Shown here one piece after another: positions 12,313-22,104 of a DNA stretch of 64,000 bases; positions within the stretch are counted from its first letter, which is position 1; the number at the start of each line of letters is the position of its first letter. The position numbers and the translations under genes are program-made. The stretch lies in assembly GCA_020184695.1 (NCBI GenBank), contig JAANOX010000042.1, forward strand, positions 330,766-394,765. Reading direction: 5' to 3'. The notes under the pieces are model-generated. The model saw only the letters and a program-made list of their open reading frames with translations. It was not told where the DNA came from and did no database searches. The stretch comes from Histomonas meleagridis 2922-C6/04-290x (taxonomy: Eukaryota > Protista > Parabasalia).

Positions 12313-12792
12313 GTGATGGGTGGATCGCTTCGGAAGTGGAAATGTATAATATGTGCAAATAATTGGTGACTTAATTGCGCTATCTTTAGTTTTGTGGATA
12401 TATTGAATCATAGACAAACCATTCTTTAATATAGTTTTAGAATCTAATATTTATATATGATGCAGATACGTATTCATACACATTGAAATCTGCTATCATT
12501 TGATTTGTTTCAATAATATAAAATGTGAAACTTGAAAAAAGAGCTAATAATTAAAAATATACTTACTGATTTAATAAATATTTACTTCTTTTGTTCCATA
12601 AATTGAACAAACTTCGTCGGTTTCATTGAGTTTCCATTGAGATCTCAATGATATTTCACACCAAATTCTGGAACCTGAAGACGCGCATTGAATTTTCTAT
12701 CGTTTTGACTTTTGAATATGATGACGTTTAAATGTATGAAGCGACCGTTTCAAACATAGAAAAAGTGCGTTCTGTACGTTTAATTTATTCTG

Positions 12793-14097
12793 ATGAAAGC
12801 AACAAAGAAAGGACAAAGTGTTGTAAGATCAGAAAATATACCTAACAATGCAAGCATGAGATCAAATCAATCGGTGGCTAGAATAGGTGTATTGCAATCG
12901 CCAAAATCAACTGCAAAAAAAATGGAAATTAATACTGAAATCAAGATAAGAAATCAACAAAGAATCAAAGGGTTAAAATATCTAAATGAATTGCAAGCTC
13001 GTAATGAGGCTGCTCTTTTAGAATTTACTTCAAAATATGAAAATGTATTTATCAACAATTTCAAACTATTCTTGGCTCAAAGACAACAAAACGCATCAAG
13101 CAAAAACAAAGGAAATCTAGAAGAAATCAAAGAGTTACAAAAATTAATCCAAATTGAAAAAGAAAAATCTCAAAAACTAAAACAAGAAAATGATGACCTA
13201 CAAGCCAAAGCTGATGAGCTTTCAAAACATGAATCAGATGTATTATATAAAAACAAAGAGATTAACCAAAATCATAATTCATTAATTCTTGAATCTCATA
13301 AGCTAGCCGAATCTAACCTTGAATATGAACTTCAAAAAGATTCTCAGGTAGAAGAGAATGCGATTTTGAAAACGTTACAAATTATTGATGTTGATGATAA
13401 TAACTTGTCAAATTCTAGTCTTTTCTCTGACAACAACAAACCCAATGTCATGGATTCTCTTGTCATCAGCGACGGTAATTCAACAGAATTCAAAATAAAT
13501 GAATCGATTTTGGTTGAGAATGAAGAAAAGCAAATCAAACTGAACGAAACGTGTACATTTCCACCGCCAATGTCATCACAAGACTTTGAGAATGTGAAAA
13601 TTGAGCAAGCAAATTCGATATCAGTTGAAGATGCTCAAGAAGAAGAAAAAGAATCTGAAACGGATTCTATTTCTATTCACAAAAGCTCTGATGTTTCTGA
13701 CAGTGTAAAAGAAGTCGAAAAAGATGAAAATCTAAAATCTTGTTCATCTTTAGAAAAAAGTCAATCTGAAAAAATGGAAATGCCTGATAATAACAAAGCA
13801 GAAGAACTATGTAAAACAGTACAAATTGATGTAAATAAGGAAACATGTCCGAAAATTTGTGAAGAATCAAAACCAATTAATGTTGTTCAAACTAAAGCTA
13901 AGACTCCTACTAAGGAAAGGCCAATTTATGAAGGAAGGAAATCAGAAACAAAGGGAAGAAGTTTGAGTAATTATTCCAGATTATGTGATACAATGCAATC
14001 AGCACCATCAGAGTTAAATACGCAAGGAATGCCGAAAGAATTGTTCAGGTCTCCATATAGGATTAAAATTCCCAAGTTTTCGGTTCATCATAAATGA
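12793..14097 (+). CDS. hypothetical coiled-coil / acidic low-complexity protein
   Basis: 434-aa ORF with heptad-rich E/K/Q/L N-terminal half. Confidence 0.7.
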   Translation: MKATKKGQSVVRSENIPNNASMRSNQSVARIGVLQSPKSTAKKMEINTEIKIRNQQRIKGLKYLNELQARNEAALLEFTSKYENVFINNFKLFLAQRQQNASSKNKGNLEEIKELQKLIQIEKEKSQKLKQENDDLQAKADELSKHESDVLYKNKEINQNHNSLILESHKLAESNLEYELQKDSQVEENAILKTLQIIDVDDNNLSNSSLFSDNNKPNVMDSLVISDGNSTEFKINESILVENEEKQIKLNETCTFPPPMSSQDFENVKIEQANSISVEDAQEEEKESETDSISIHKSSDVSDSVKEVEKDENLKSCSSLEKSQSEKMEMPDNNKAEELCKTVQIDVNKETCPKICEESKPINVVQTKAKTPTKERPIYEGRKSETKGRSLSNYSRLCDTMQSAPSELNTQGMPKELFRSPYRIKIPKFSVHHK

Positions 14098-14196
14098 AAA
14101 TTTTTGTGACAGTATGAATAAACCATTCAATTATGTTGATAAAAATAACTTTTCATAAAAAGGCGCCATTTTCCATTTTGTTGGTTGTCTTGAGCA

Positions 14197-14748
14197 ATGA
14201 TAAGGATAAATATCCTAAACGAAAGGGGACAAAGGGAATCCGTAAGTATTCTCCCAACAGACTCAATACAATGTTTACAAAATAGTTTGAGTATTGATCC
14301 AAATACCAAAATATATTTTGTTTACAGAGACTTTTGTATCCTTCCTTTCCTCAGCTTCGAGTTTTATAACATTAAGGATGGTGATGAAATAAAAATCTTT
14401 AAAAGTAATATGGTTCTTCCAAAAAAGAAGAAGAATACAAAGCATTGTACATTTTATCCATCTCTTAAACAGATTCTTTGTAATGTGGAATATTTCCAAC
14501 TTGTTCCAAATCAAGAGAATGGAATAATGTTATATAACGGAATTGTTGATCATAATTTTTCCGAAACAATTGCAAGAATTAGAGATGCTCCCTTTGCAAA
14601 AACAGAATGTTGTTCATTGTTTCATCAGAAAATTAAGAAGTTACAAAATGAAGATTATTTTGATTACTTTGAATCATGTTCAGAAAAATCGATAATTCCA
14701 CCTAAGCCTTTAAAACCTTCAACAGAAACTCTTCCAAAGTTTTGGTGA
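14197..14748 (+). CDS. hypothetical protein with a ubiquitin-like N-terminal domain
   Basis: Ubl-like pattern: start MIRINILNERGQ..SILPTDSI, then IYFVYRDFCILPFLSFEFYNIKDGDEIKI. Confidence 0.6.
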   Translation: MIRINILNERGQRESVSILPTDSIQCLQNSLSIDPNTKIYFVYRDFCILPFLSFEFYNIKDGDEIKIFKSNMVLPKKKKNTKHCTFYPSLKQILCNVEYFQLVPNQENGIMLYNGIVDHNFSETIARIRDAPFAKTECCSLFHQKIKKLQNEDYFDYFESCSEKSIIPPKPLKPSTETLPKFW

Positions 14749-14884
14749 TTTCCTGTACATATAGGAAAAGAATTAATATTATAAACGTCTTTCGAATAAT
14801 TTTTTTTTCTCATGTGAAAATGTTAAAAATAAATTCAAAATAAACATATTTAGAAATGATTTTATTTATTCATTTTTGTTTCGA

Positions 14885-17800
14885 TTATGTTTTTTGTTCT
14901 TCGTATTGTTTTAATAATTCAATAATTTCATTGTAGCCATAATAAGTTGCCCATTTAAGAGCTGTATTAAATCATTTAAACAAATTCCAAAAATTAAATT
15001 GATACTAAAGTAAATTAAATATATAAATATCTTTTTCATTTATATCAATTTGTGGCCCTTTTTGTTCAAGAAGTAATTTAACAATTTCGAAACAACCATT
15101 TTTAGCAGCACAATAAAATATTGTTTCAAATATTTTAAATAATTTCCAAATAGAATTTAGAAATACCTTATGATTAAAATGAATATTAAATAAAACAAAC
15201 ATATATTTTTAGCATTGACATCAATTCCTTTTTGCTCGAGAAGTAATTTAACTATATCTTCATGTCCATTTTCAATTGCATTAAAAATTACTAAATTAAA
15301 TAATTTAAATATTTCCCAAATTTTAAATTCAAATTCTAAAATATTAAATGATTTAAATAATTTCCAAATATTATTTTGACATATAAAATTAATAAAATAA
15401 ATATTAAATAAAACAAATAAATATTTTTAGCATTAATATCAATTCCTTCTTGTTCAAGAAGTAATTTGACTATTTCTGTATGACCATTTGAAGATGCTAA
15501 AATAAGTGCTGTTTTAAATAATTAAAATAATTTCCAAATATTATATTGAAATATAAAATTATTAAAATAAATTTCATATAAAACAAATAAATATCTTTAG
15601 CATTAATATCAATTCCTTTTTGTTCAAGAAGTAACTGAACTATTTCTGTATGACCTTTATCAGATGCTAAAATAAGTGCTGTTTCAATTAATTCAAATAT
15701 TTCCCAAATATTATTTTGAAATAGAAAATTATAAAAATAAAATTTATCTTTAGTATTAATATCAATTCCTTCTTTGTCAAGTAGCAATTCAACAATTTCT
15801 GTATAACCTTTTTTTGATGCATACATAAGTGCTGTTTGAAATGATTTAAATAATTTCCAAATATTATTTTGAAATAGAAAATTATTAAAATAAATATTAA
15901 ATAAAACAAATAAATATCTTTAGCATTAATATCAATTCCTTCTTGTTCAAGAAGTAACTTAACTATTTCTGTATGACCTTTTTCCAATGATATTATAAGT
16001 GCTGTTTGAAATAATTTAAATAATTTCCAAATATTATTTTGAAATAGAAAATTATAAAAATAAAATTTATCTTTAGTATTAATATCAATTCCTTCTTTGT
16101 CAAGTAGCAATTCAACAATTTCTGTATAACCTTTTTTTGATGCATACATAAGTGCTGTTTGAAATGATTTAAATAATTTCCAAATATTATTTTGAAATAG
16201 AAAATTATTAAAATAAATATTAAATAAAACAAATAAATATCTTTAGCATTAATATCAATTCCTTCTTGTTCAAGAAGTAATTTAACTATTCCTATATTAC
16301 CATTTATAGATGCACAAATAAGTGCTGTATTAAAAAATTTTGATAATTGTTAAATATTATTTTGAAATATAAAATTATTAAAATAAATATTAAATAAAAC
16401 AAATAAATATCTTTAGCATTAATATCAATTCCTTCTTGTTCAAGAAGTAATTTAACTATTTCTGTATGACCATTTGAAGACGCATACATAAGTGCTGTTT
16501 GAAATGATTTAAATAATTTCCAAATATTATTTTGAAATAGAAAATTATTAAAATAAATATTAAATAAAACAAATAAATATCTTTAGCATTAACATCAATT
16601 TCTTTTTGTTCAAGAATATATTTTATAAGTTCGATGTTTACAATATCAAAAGTAAATATTAGTGAATCTATAGGAAGTTTATTGTTTTCATGAAAATATT
16701 TAACAAGATACAAATTACCGCTTCTTAATGCATTAATGATATGTAATCGAGTAATTTTTATTCCTTCTTTTACCAAAAATAAAAGAATTTCATAATTACT
16801 GCTATTTTGACAAACAGCTGTTAGATTTTCTTGATTCAATCCATATTTAAAATTATTCCTACCCATATTCATAATATGATTTCCATAATTTGTTCCTTGA
16901 TTAATAAATTCATCTAATTTATTTTCATATATATAATAAAAGATATCATTCCTATGAAATATGATTGCTGATTGAAATGAACATTCAAAACCTGCTTTAT
17001 TTTGTTCACAAAGTTTAATAATTTCAATATTCCCACCTGCAACTGCATAATACCCCGTTTCTCTTAATACAGCTCCATTTAATAACAAAAACTTAAAACA
17101 ATTAATCGAACCAAAGAATGCTGCATAATCAATTAATGTAATTTTCCAGATATTAATAAATGAATATTTTTCATATATGGATTTAGGTATTGTCTGATTA
17201 AAATCAAAACTATTTTGTGTTGATATTTCTTGAAGTTTTTCAATATCATCATTTCTAATTATTTTTGCTATTTTAGTCGGATTAACTCCTTCTTTATTTA
17301 ATTTCTTATGGAGTTCCCAATCATATCCTAAAAGTCCTTCTTTATATAATTGTTTCTTATTTTCATTTGGTTGTTTTTGATTTGATTCGCTTTGAGGAAG
17401 ACCAAAGCTAATGCCATTAAACTTTACAACACCTGTATTCATAGTTTCAATTTGATTCTTATTTGAAATTGGAAATGGATTTCCACGTGCAAATGAATAC
17501 ACAGAAATTGGAACTTGATATGGATATAGATTTGGACTTTGACTTTGATATATTGGTTTAACATCGGAATCCAATAAATTTTGTTCAACCATTTTATCAA
17601 TAAAATATTTTGCTTCTGTTGAATTTTTAGATAATAAGAATTTATGAAAAAGATCAATAATATTGGGATTATGATTTATGATTTCTAATTCCTTAGTTTG
17701 GAGTAACAGTAAGAAATTTAAATATGTGGACGCTTCTTCTCTCAAAGAGCAAAAAGCAGAATAAACTAATAAGTAAACAGCTATATTAAATGAAATATGA

Positions 17801-17928
17801 TAATTTGGATCTAATATTTCAATTGCTTCTTGAACTGTATTCTCAATATTTTCTTTCTTTATTTTAAAGATTATTCGTTCAAGCGAGAGCAATTTTTGCA
17901 TGCTGGGAGACTGAGTTGTGACTTCCAT
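14885..17928 (-). CDS. DUF3447-like + ankyrin-repeat protein, split by ten non-canonical AT-rich inserts
   Basis: ATG at 17928. The N-terminal block (to 16579) has the IIRNDDI..LIDYAAFFGSINCFKFLL..AVAGGNIEII pattern. Ankyrin blocks lie at 16498-16409, 16328-16239, 16158-16069, 16005-15916, 15835-15746, 15682-15593, 15512-15423, 15294-15205 and 15124-15029. The terminal block 14965-14885 reads TALKWATYYGYNEIIELLKQYEEQKT-stop. Whether it is expressed as one protein is unproven. Confidence 0.75.
14966..16578 (-). other. ten homologous intron-like inserts (80,80,80,63,80,63,80,128,80,63 nt) between K-D/N and T-A-L of each ankyrin repeat
   Basis: Consensus ATTTATTTGTTTTAT...TTTCAAAATAATATTTGGAAATTATTTAAA.TATTT-NNN. 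No GT..AG pair restores the frame, and the 63-nt inserts 4 and 6 contain no GT at all. The in-frame-length insert 15028-14966 carries TAG and TGA. Confidence 0.85.
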
Positions 17929-18276
17929 TATAAATGAAATGTAAAATATTGAATTTATTCTAGCCAATAAGCACCTTACAATATTTACATTCTATGATCA
18001 ATAACAATTATTTGAAAGTTAGAGTTCATAATTGTATTCCCTCCTGCTTGGCCAAACCATTTTTTTTTATATATAAAATGATTCCAAAAAATGTATTAAA
18101 TGACGCACTTCTTATGGGTATGGATGATTGAATCTGTAATTTATCTTACTCAATGAAAGCTTTGAAAATCAGATTTGCAAAATTTGGATGCTATTCACAC
18201 AGAAAATTCAGAGCATAAATAATAAAGAAAAACATTTTTATTTAAATATCAGGATTTGAGATCTCATTAATTGATT

Positions 18277-18543
18277 TCAATAGAATTGTTTTTTTAATTC
18301 AAAATATTTAAAGAAATTCAGCTGAAAAAACTTTTCTCTATATCCATCAAATTCTTCTTCACCGCATTTCGATAAATCATGGTTGATTATTGAAACATTT
18401 TGAATTGCAGTTTTAATTTCTTCATCTGTTAATTTGGTCGATATATGATGTTGATTTCGAAGAGGAAGAAAATAAGTATTAAATGCTCTTTGAATGTTCT
18501 TGAATATAGTTAAGATATTCCTGTTGCTTTTGACTCTTTTCAA
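18277..18543 (-). pseudogene. possible degraded gene remnant
   Basis: Protein-like 88-aa ORF lacking ATG, followed by stop-interrupted coding-like sequence toward ~18030. Family not recognised. Confidence 0.3.
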
Positions 18544-19341
18544 GGTTGCCAGATGGGAAAAAACTAATTTTTGAATTCATTAGAGGTGTGTAAAATACAG
18601 AATTTTGGGAATATATTCAATAAAATAATGGAAAAGTGGTGATATTTGACTGAGTGTGCTTGATTTTGTTTCAATACATAAATAGAGGTTTTTCACAAAA
18701 TTCTGAGCATTAATTTACAACGCGCCTCAAATTTTCGCGTAACGTGTTGCTTTTGATAAGGTATCATTGAATTTCCTATCGTTCGGTGAACACGAAATAT
18801 CCCTCGAGAAGAAGAAATTGCCGCATTCTGGTTAAAAAACAAAAACTGTAGCAAAAAATATGATAAAAACCTTACGAAATAATGAATAATTGGTATATTA
18901 ATCTATTAGAAAAAATGAATTGAGAAAAATATGATAAAACATTCATTTGCATAATAAATAAAGAGACAGGTTTAGAAACATAATATTTGCATGACCTTAT
19001 TTCTTAATAAAATCCGTGGAAAAAATCATTTTGGATAGAATTTTCCCCATACTTCATATATTGATCGCCCTGAATTTGTTTATCATGTGACATCCAATGA
19101 AATTTCCTGCTTATGAAAGGAGCCTTTGGTCGTTTAATACGATTTGCAATTTCAGATGGTTCAGATGTTAAGCAGCCATTACAAACCATTCTACTTATAC
19201 CACATTGAGGAGTTTGTGGGAACGAAATTTTTGGAGAAGATAATCCATTTATTCTGCAAGGAGCTAAATCCATTCTTCTAAAGTCCAATATGCGGTTTCG
19301 GTTAAATAGTTGTCAAAAACGAACTCGGATTCCAATGACAA

Positions 19342-19349
19342 AAAGTGAC
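19342..19349 (+). promoter_or_regulatory. AAAGTGAC motif (resembles the trichomonad M2 promoter element); also 26786-26793, 50664-50671, 57398-57405, 29148-29155, 3782-3789
   Basis: Recurs in intergenic DNA, mostly 40-120 nt from start codons. The identity with M2 is from memory, not a search. Confidence 0.45.
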
Positions 19350-19464
19350 AAGGAGGGTGTCCCGAAAAAACGTGTAAAGTTAAATTAAATACTTTATTTA
19401 TATTGAAAATTTTCTATGAGTTCTTTGTTGTCTAAATTTGAATAAAAATTATACGTAAACGCGG

Positions 19465-20214
19465 ATGAGTAACGAAATTGTTCTAGCACCCGAAAAAAAA
19501 GAAGATGTTGTCATGAAAGATGGAATACGTGTAAATCAATCTGAAATAGAATATCAAAAATACATGGATCAGCTTTATGAAGAACTTGAAAAAGGGAAAA
19601 GTTCATCAATCCAAGTTTCACCTGAACGAACACTAATGATGCATCACCCTTTACATTGTGTCGAAATAGGAAGTAATTTTCCAGATATAATCAATGCCAT
19701 CATTGAAATCCCTGCATTTTCTCGTGTCAAAACTGAACTTGATATTCAAACAGGTCTTTTAAAAGTCGACAGAATCCTTCATTCTTCTGTAGTTTATCCA
19801 GCTAATTATGGATTTATTCCTAAAACAATCGCAGATAATGGAGATCCTCTTGATATCCTTGTTCTTTGTCAAGTTTCTGTTCCTCCATTAGCCTTAGTTC
19901 GAGCACGTCCCATCGGCATTATGCCCATGTATAAATGTGGTGAAGTTGATGATAAGATTATTGCAGTGTCTATAACCGATCCAGAATATAACATATACTA
20001 CGACGTTAGCCAACTACCGCCGTTTAAGCTTCTTATGATTAACCAATTTTTCAACGACTACAGAGCACTCGAAAACAAAGAAGTGAAAACGTTTAAGCCG
20101 CTTGGAAATGAGACGGCAAAACAGGTAATCAAAGAGGCGCATTCGCTGTATCAGAGTTATTATGCTGAGGAAGAAGAAGATGATGAAAGTTCTTCGGAAG
20201 AAGAGGAAGAATAA
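19465..20214 (+). CDS. family I soluble inorganic pyrophosphatase-like protein (several catalytic residues substituted), acidic tail
   Basis: AIIEIP, VDRILHSSVVYPANYGFIP, GDPLDILVL and DDKIIAV motifs, closely resembling plant/bacterial-type PPases. Confidence 0.9.
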   Translation: MSNEIVLAPEKKEDVVMKDGIRVNQSEIEYQKYMDQLYEELEKGKSSSIQVSPERTLMMHHPLHCVEIGSNFPDIINAIIEIPAFSRVKTELDIQTGLLKVDRILHSSVVYPANYGFIPKTIADNGDPLDILVLCQVSVPPLALVRARPIGIMPMYKCGEVDDKIIAVSITDPEYNIYYDVSQLPPFKLLMINQFFNDYRALENKEVKTFKPLGNETAKQVIKEAHSLYQSYYAEEEEDDESSSEEEEE

Positions 20215-20792
20215 ATTATTAAATAGCATTTGATTGCACTTTTTATCTGATTTGAAATCAAATAGAAAGTTGTCGTTTTGGAAATGTGTTTGTTAACATA
20301 TAACTTGAAAATAACTTCGTTGCGCAAAGTTTCTTGTTAACATTGAGAATCATTTAACCTTGTTTTAATTCTTTTTATTTGGATATATAAATTTAAATGG
20401 TACTTCAAATCTAAATTTATTCTTACATATTGTAAAAGTACTGGTTTAAAACTTCATGTTGTGTATATAATACATAAAAAGCAATAATTTAATAAAGATA
20501 TGACAATTTATTGATTTAGAAGATTAAACTCTTCAAATGCATAATACATAAATTTAAATGGAGTACCACCAAACTATAATATAGATTCTCAAAACACTGA
20601 AATAAAGATACAACATAAATCAATCATGAATAAGAAAAAAAAAATACTTTTAATAAATAAAAATTATGATTTAATTTATGGAGTAATTACATAAGGAATA
20701 AAAAAGAAGAAGAAAATAATTATGTTTTTTTAAGTTAAATTCCTTTGTTTGATACAAAAAAATGAAATTTATAAAAAAACAAACAAGTTTAC

Positions 20793-21869
20793 TTAAATTA
20801 ATCCTAGTTCAGCTCTTCGTTTTGCGATTTTTCTTTGATGAACAATACGAGCAATTTCTCGTTTCAGTCTATCATTTTCTTCTCTTTCTTTTATGAGTTC
20901 CTTTTCACTTTTTTCCAATTTTCTTTTTAATTCATCATAATCAAATTTTGCACTTTGCATTTCGTTGCATTTACTCAAAGATTCTCTTTGGCTCCTTTTA
21001 ATGTTTGTAATACTCTTTGTCACTTGGGCAGATTCATTAGCAGCAGATGTCATAAGAGTTTGGAAATTTGCTTCATTGAGTTGAAGCGACTTTTTAAGGA
21101 TTTTGTTTTTGTTTTCTAAATCTGCAATTTTTTTATGATATATTTTTGAAAGTTGATTAATTTGATCTGTCTTATTTTTGAGTTTGTTCTGATAATCTGT
21201 TTCTATGTCTGTTAATTGTTGTTGAAGATTTTCGATTTGTGCTGTGTGATTAGATTCCATATTTTCTAAGGAACGAACACAGTCTGTAAGTTGGTTTTTA
21301 GCACGAATAAGCCTCTTTAGTCTTTCGTTGTTAGAGTTTTGAATGGATTCTTCAAGTGATGATATTCGTTGTGAATCAAAATCAGTGATTAAATCTTCTT
21401 CAATAGTTATTGTTTTACCTTGAATTTTTTGAATTTTTTCTTTGGTCTGTTCTATTTTATGTGTTGTTATTTGGATTTGTCGTTCGATGGGTTGACATTT
21501 TTCTTCAATGAGATTTTGATTATGTGCTTCAATTTCTAACAAAGTAGATTCAAAGTCATCGTTGATTTCTTGGATTTCTTTGGATTGCTGTTCAATTAAT
21601 TGTTGAATTGCATTTTGATATCGCGAATTAAATTGTGATATTTTGGTTTTATAAATAACACTTTTTCGCTTTTCTTTACCATCTTTTGTATTATGAGCTT
21701 GTTGATAATGACGATCTAATTTGCGAATTCTATCTTGTATCTCTTTGATTTCTGCTTGAATTAATCCATAATATTCTGAACATTGCCGAAGTTGATCATT
21801 TGCAATATTTATGTTTTGCTGTACTTTCGTCTGGAATTGATTTATACGCCTTTCCATTGCTAAAGTCAT
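20793..21869 (-). CDS. coiled-coil protein
   Basis: 358-aa ORF, continuous heptad-type Q/E/K/L composition. Confidence 0.75.
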   Translation of the reverse strand: MTLAMERRINQFQTKVQQNINIANDQLRQCSEYYGLIQAEIKEIQDRIRKLDRHYQQAHNTKDGKEKRKSVIYKTKISQFNSRYQNAIQQLIEQQSKEIQEINDDFESTLLEIEAHNQNLIEEKCQPIERQIQITTHKIEQTKEKIQKIQGKTITIEEDLITDFDSQRISSLEESIQNSNNERLKRLIRAKNQLTDCVRSLENMESNHTAQIENLQQQLTDIETDYQNKLKNKTDQINQLSKIYHKKIADLENKNKILKKSLQLNEANFQTLMTSAANESAQVTKSITNIKRSQRESLSKCNEMQSAKFDYDELKRKLEKSEKELIKEREENDRLKREIARIVHQRKIAKRRAELGLI

Positions 21870-21877
21870 GAGATTTT

Positions 21878-21887
21878 TGTACGTTTA
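21878..21887 (-). promoter_or_regulatory. candidate start-proximal motif TAAACGTACA (also 39134-39143, 12773-12782; variant 26735-26743)
   Basis: The same 10-mer lies within ~10 nt of the ATG of three genes. Confidence 0.45.
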
Positions 21888-21921
21888 GAAAATTATTTAT
21901 GAAAAAGTGTCATCATCAAAA

Positions 21922-22104
21922 ATGTCCAGAAAAAGAGAAAGAGTTCATTTCACTGAGCAAACATCACGTGAAGACTTGGAGAAATTTGCATCTTCAATAA
22001 AGTGCCCAAATTTTAAGTATAGTGATGTTCTAAGAACACATGCCTATTTGGTCTCAAAGGAAAAAATTTTCTTCAATAAATCAAGTACGGGATCTCAAGG
22101 CTAA
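21922..22104 (+). CDS. small hypothetical protein (60 aa, MSRKRERVHF...)
   Basis: First ATG at 21922, divergent from the 21869 gene across ~50 bp. Protein-like composition only. Confidence 0.35.
   Translation: MSRKRERVHFTEQTSREDLEKFASSIKCPNFKYSDVLRTHAYLVSKEKIFFNKSSTGSQG

Noticed and set aside
12316-12341. ATCGCTTC resembling the U2 snRNA 5' end at the satellite edge
   Set aside because: The match stops after 8 nt, with no U2 branch-pairing or Sm site.
12635-12650. Perfect 16-bp palindrome CATTGAGATCTCAATG
   Set aside because: Isolated, with no second copy or associated element; cannot be distinguished from chance here.
15005-16489. Short ORFs 15005-15202, 15497-15826, 15688-16149, 15993-16232 and 16304-16489 as separate genes
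   Set aside because: They are chimeras of ankyrin blocks and insert read-through from one locus.
14966-16578. Canonical GT-AG or U12 AT-AC introns explaining the ankyrin inserts
   Set aside because: The only GT (TT|GTTTT) with the nearest AG (CAAACAG) gives the wrong frame. The 63-nt inserts 4 and 6 lack GT. There is no ATATCC donor or ACTAAC branch motif.
14966-16578. Sequencing error or alternative genetic code as the cause of the broken ankyrin frame
   Set aside because: The inserts are 63-128 nt homologous blocks, not single indels. Neighbouring conserved genes are intact and end in TAA, TAG or TGA normally.
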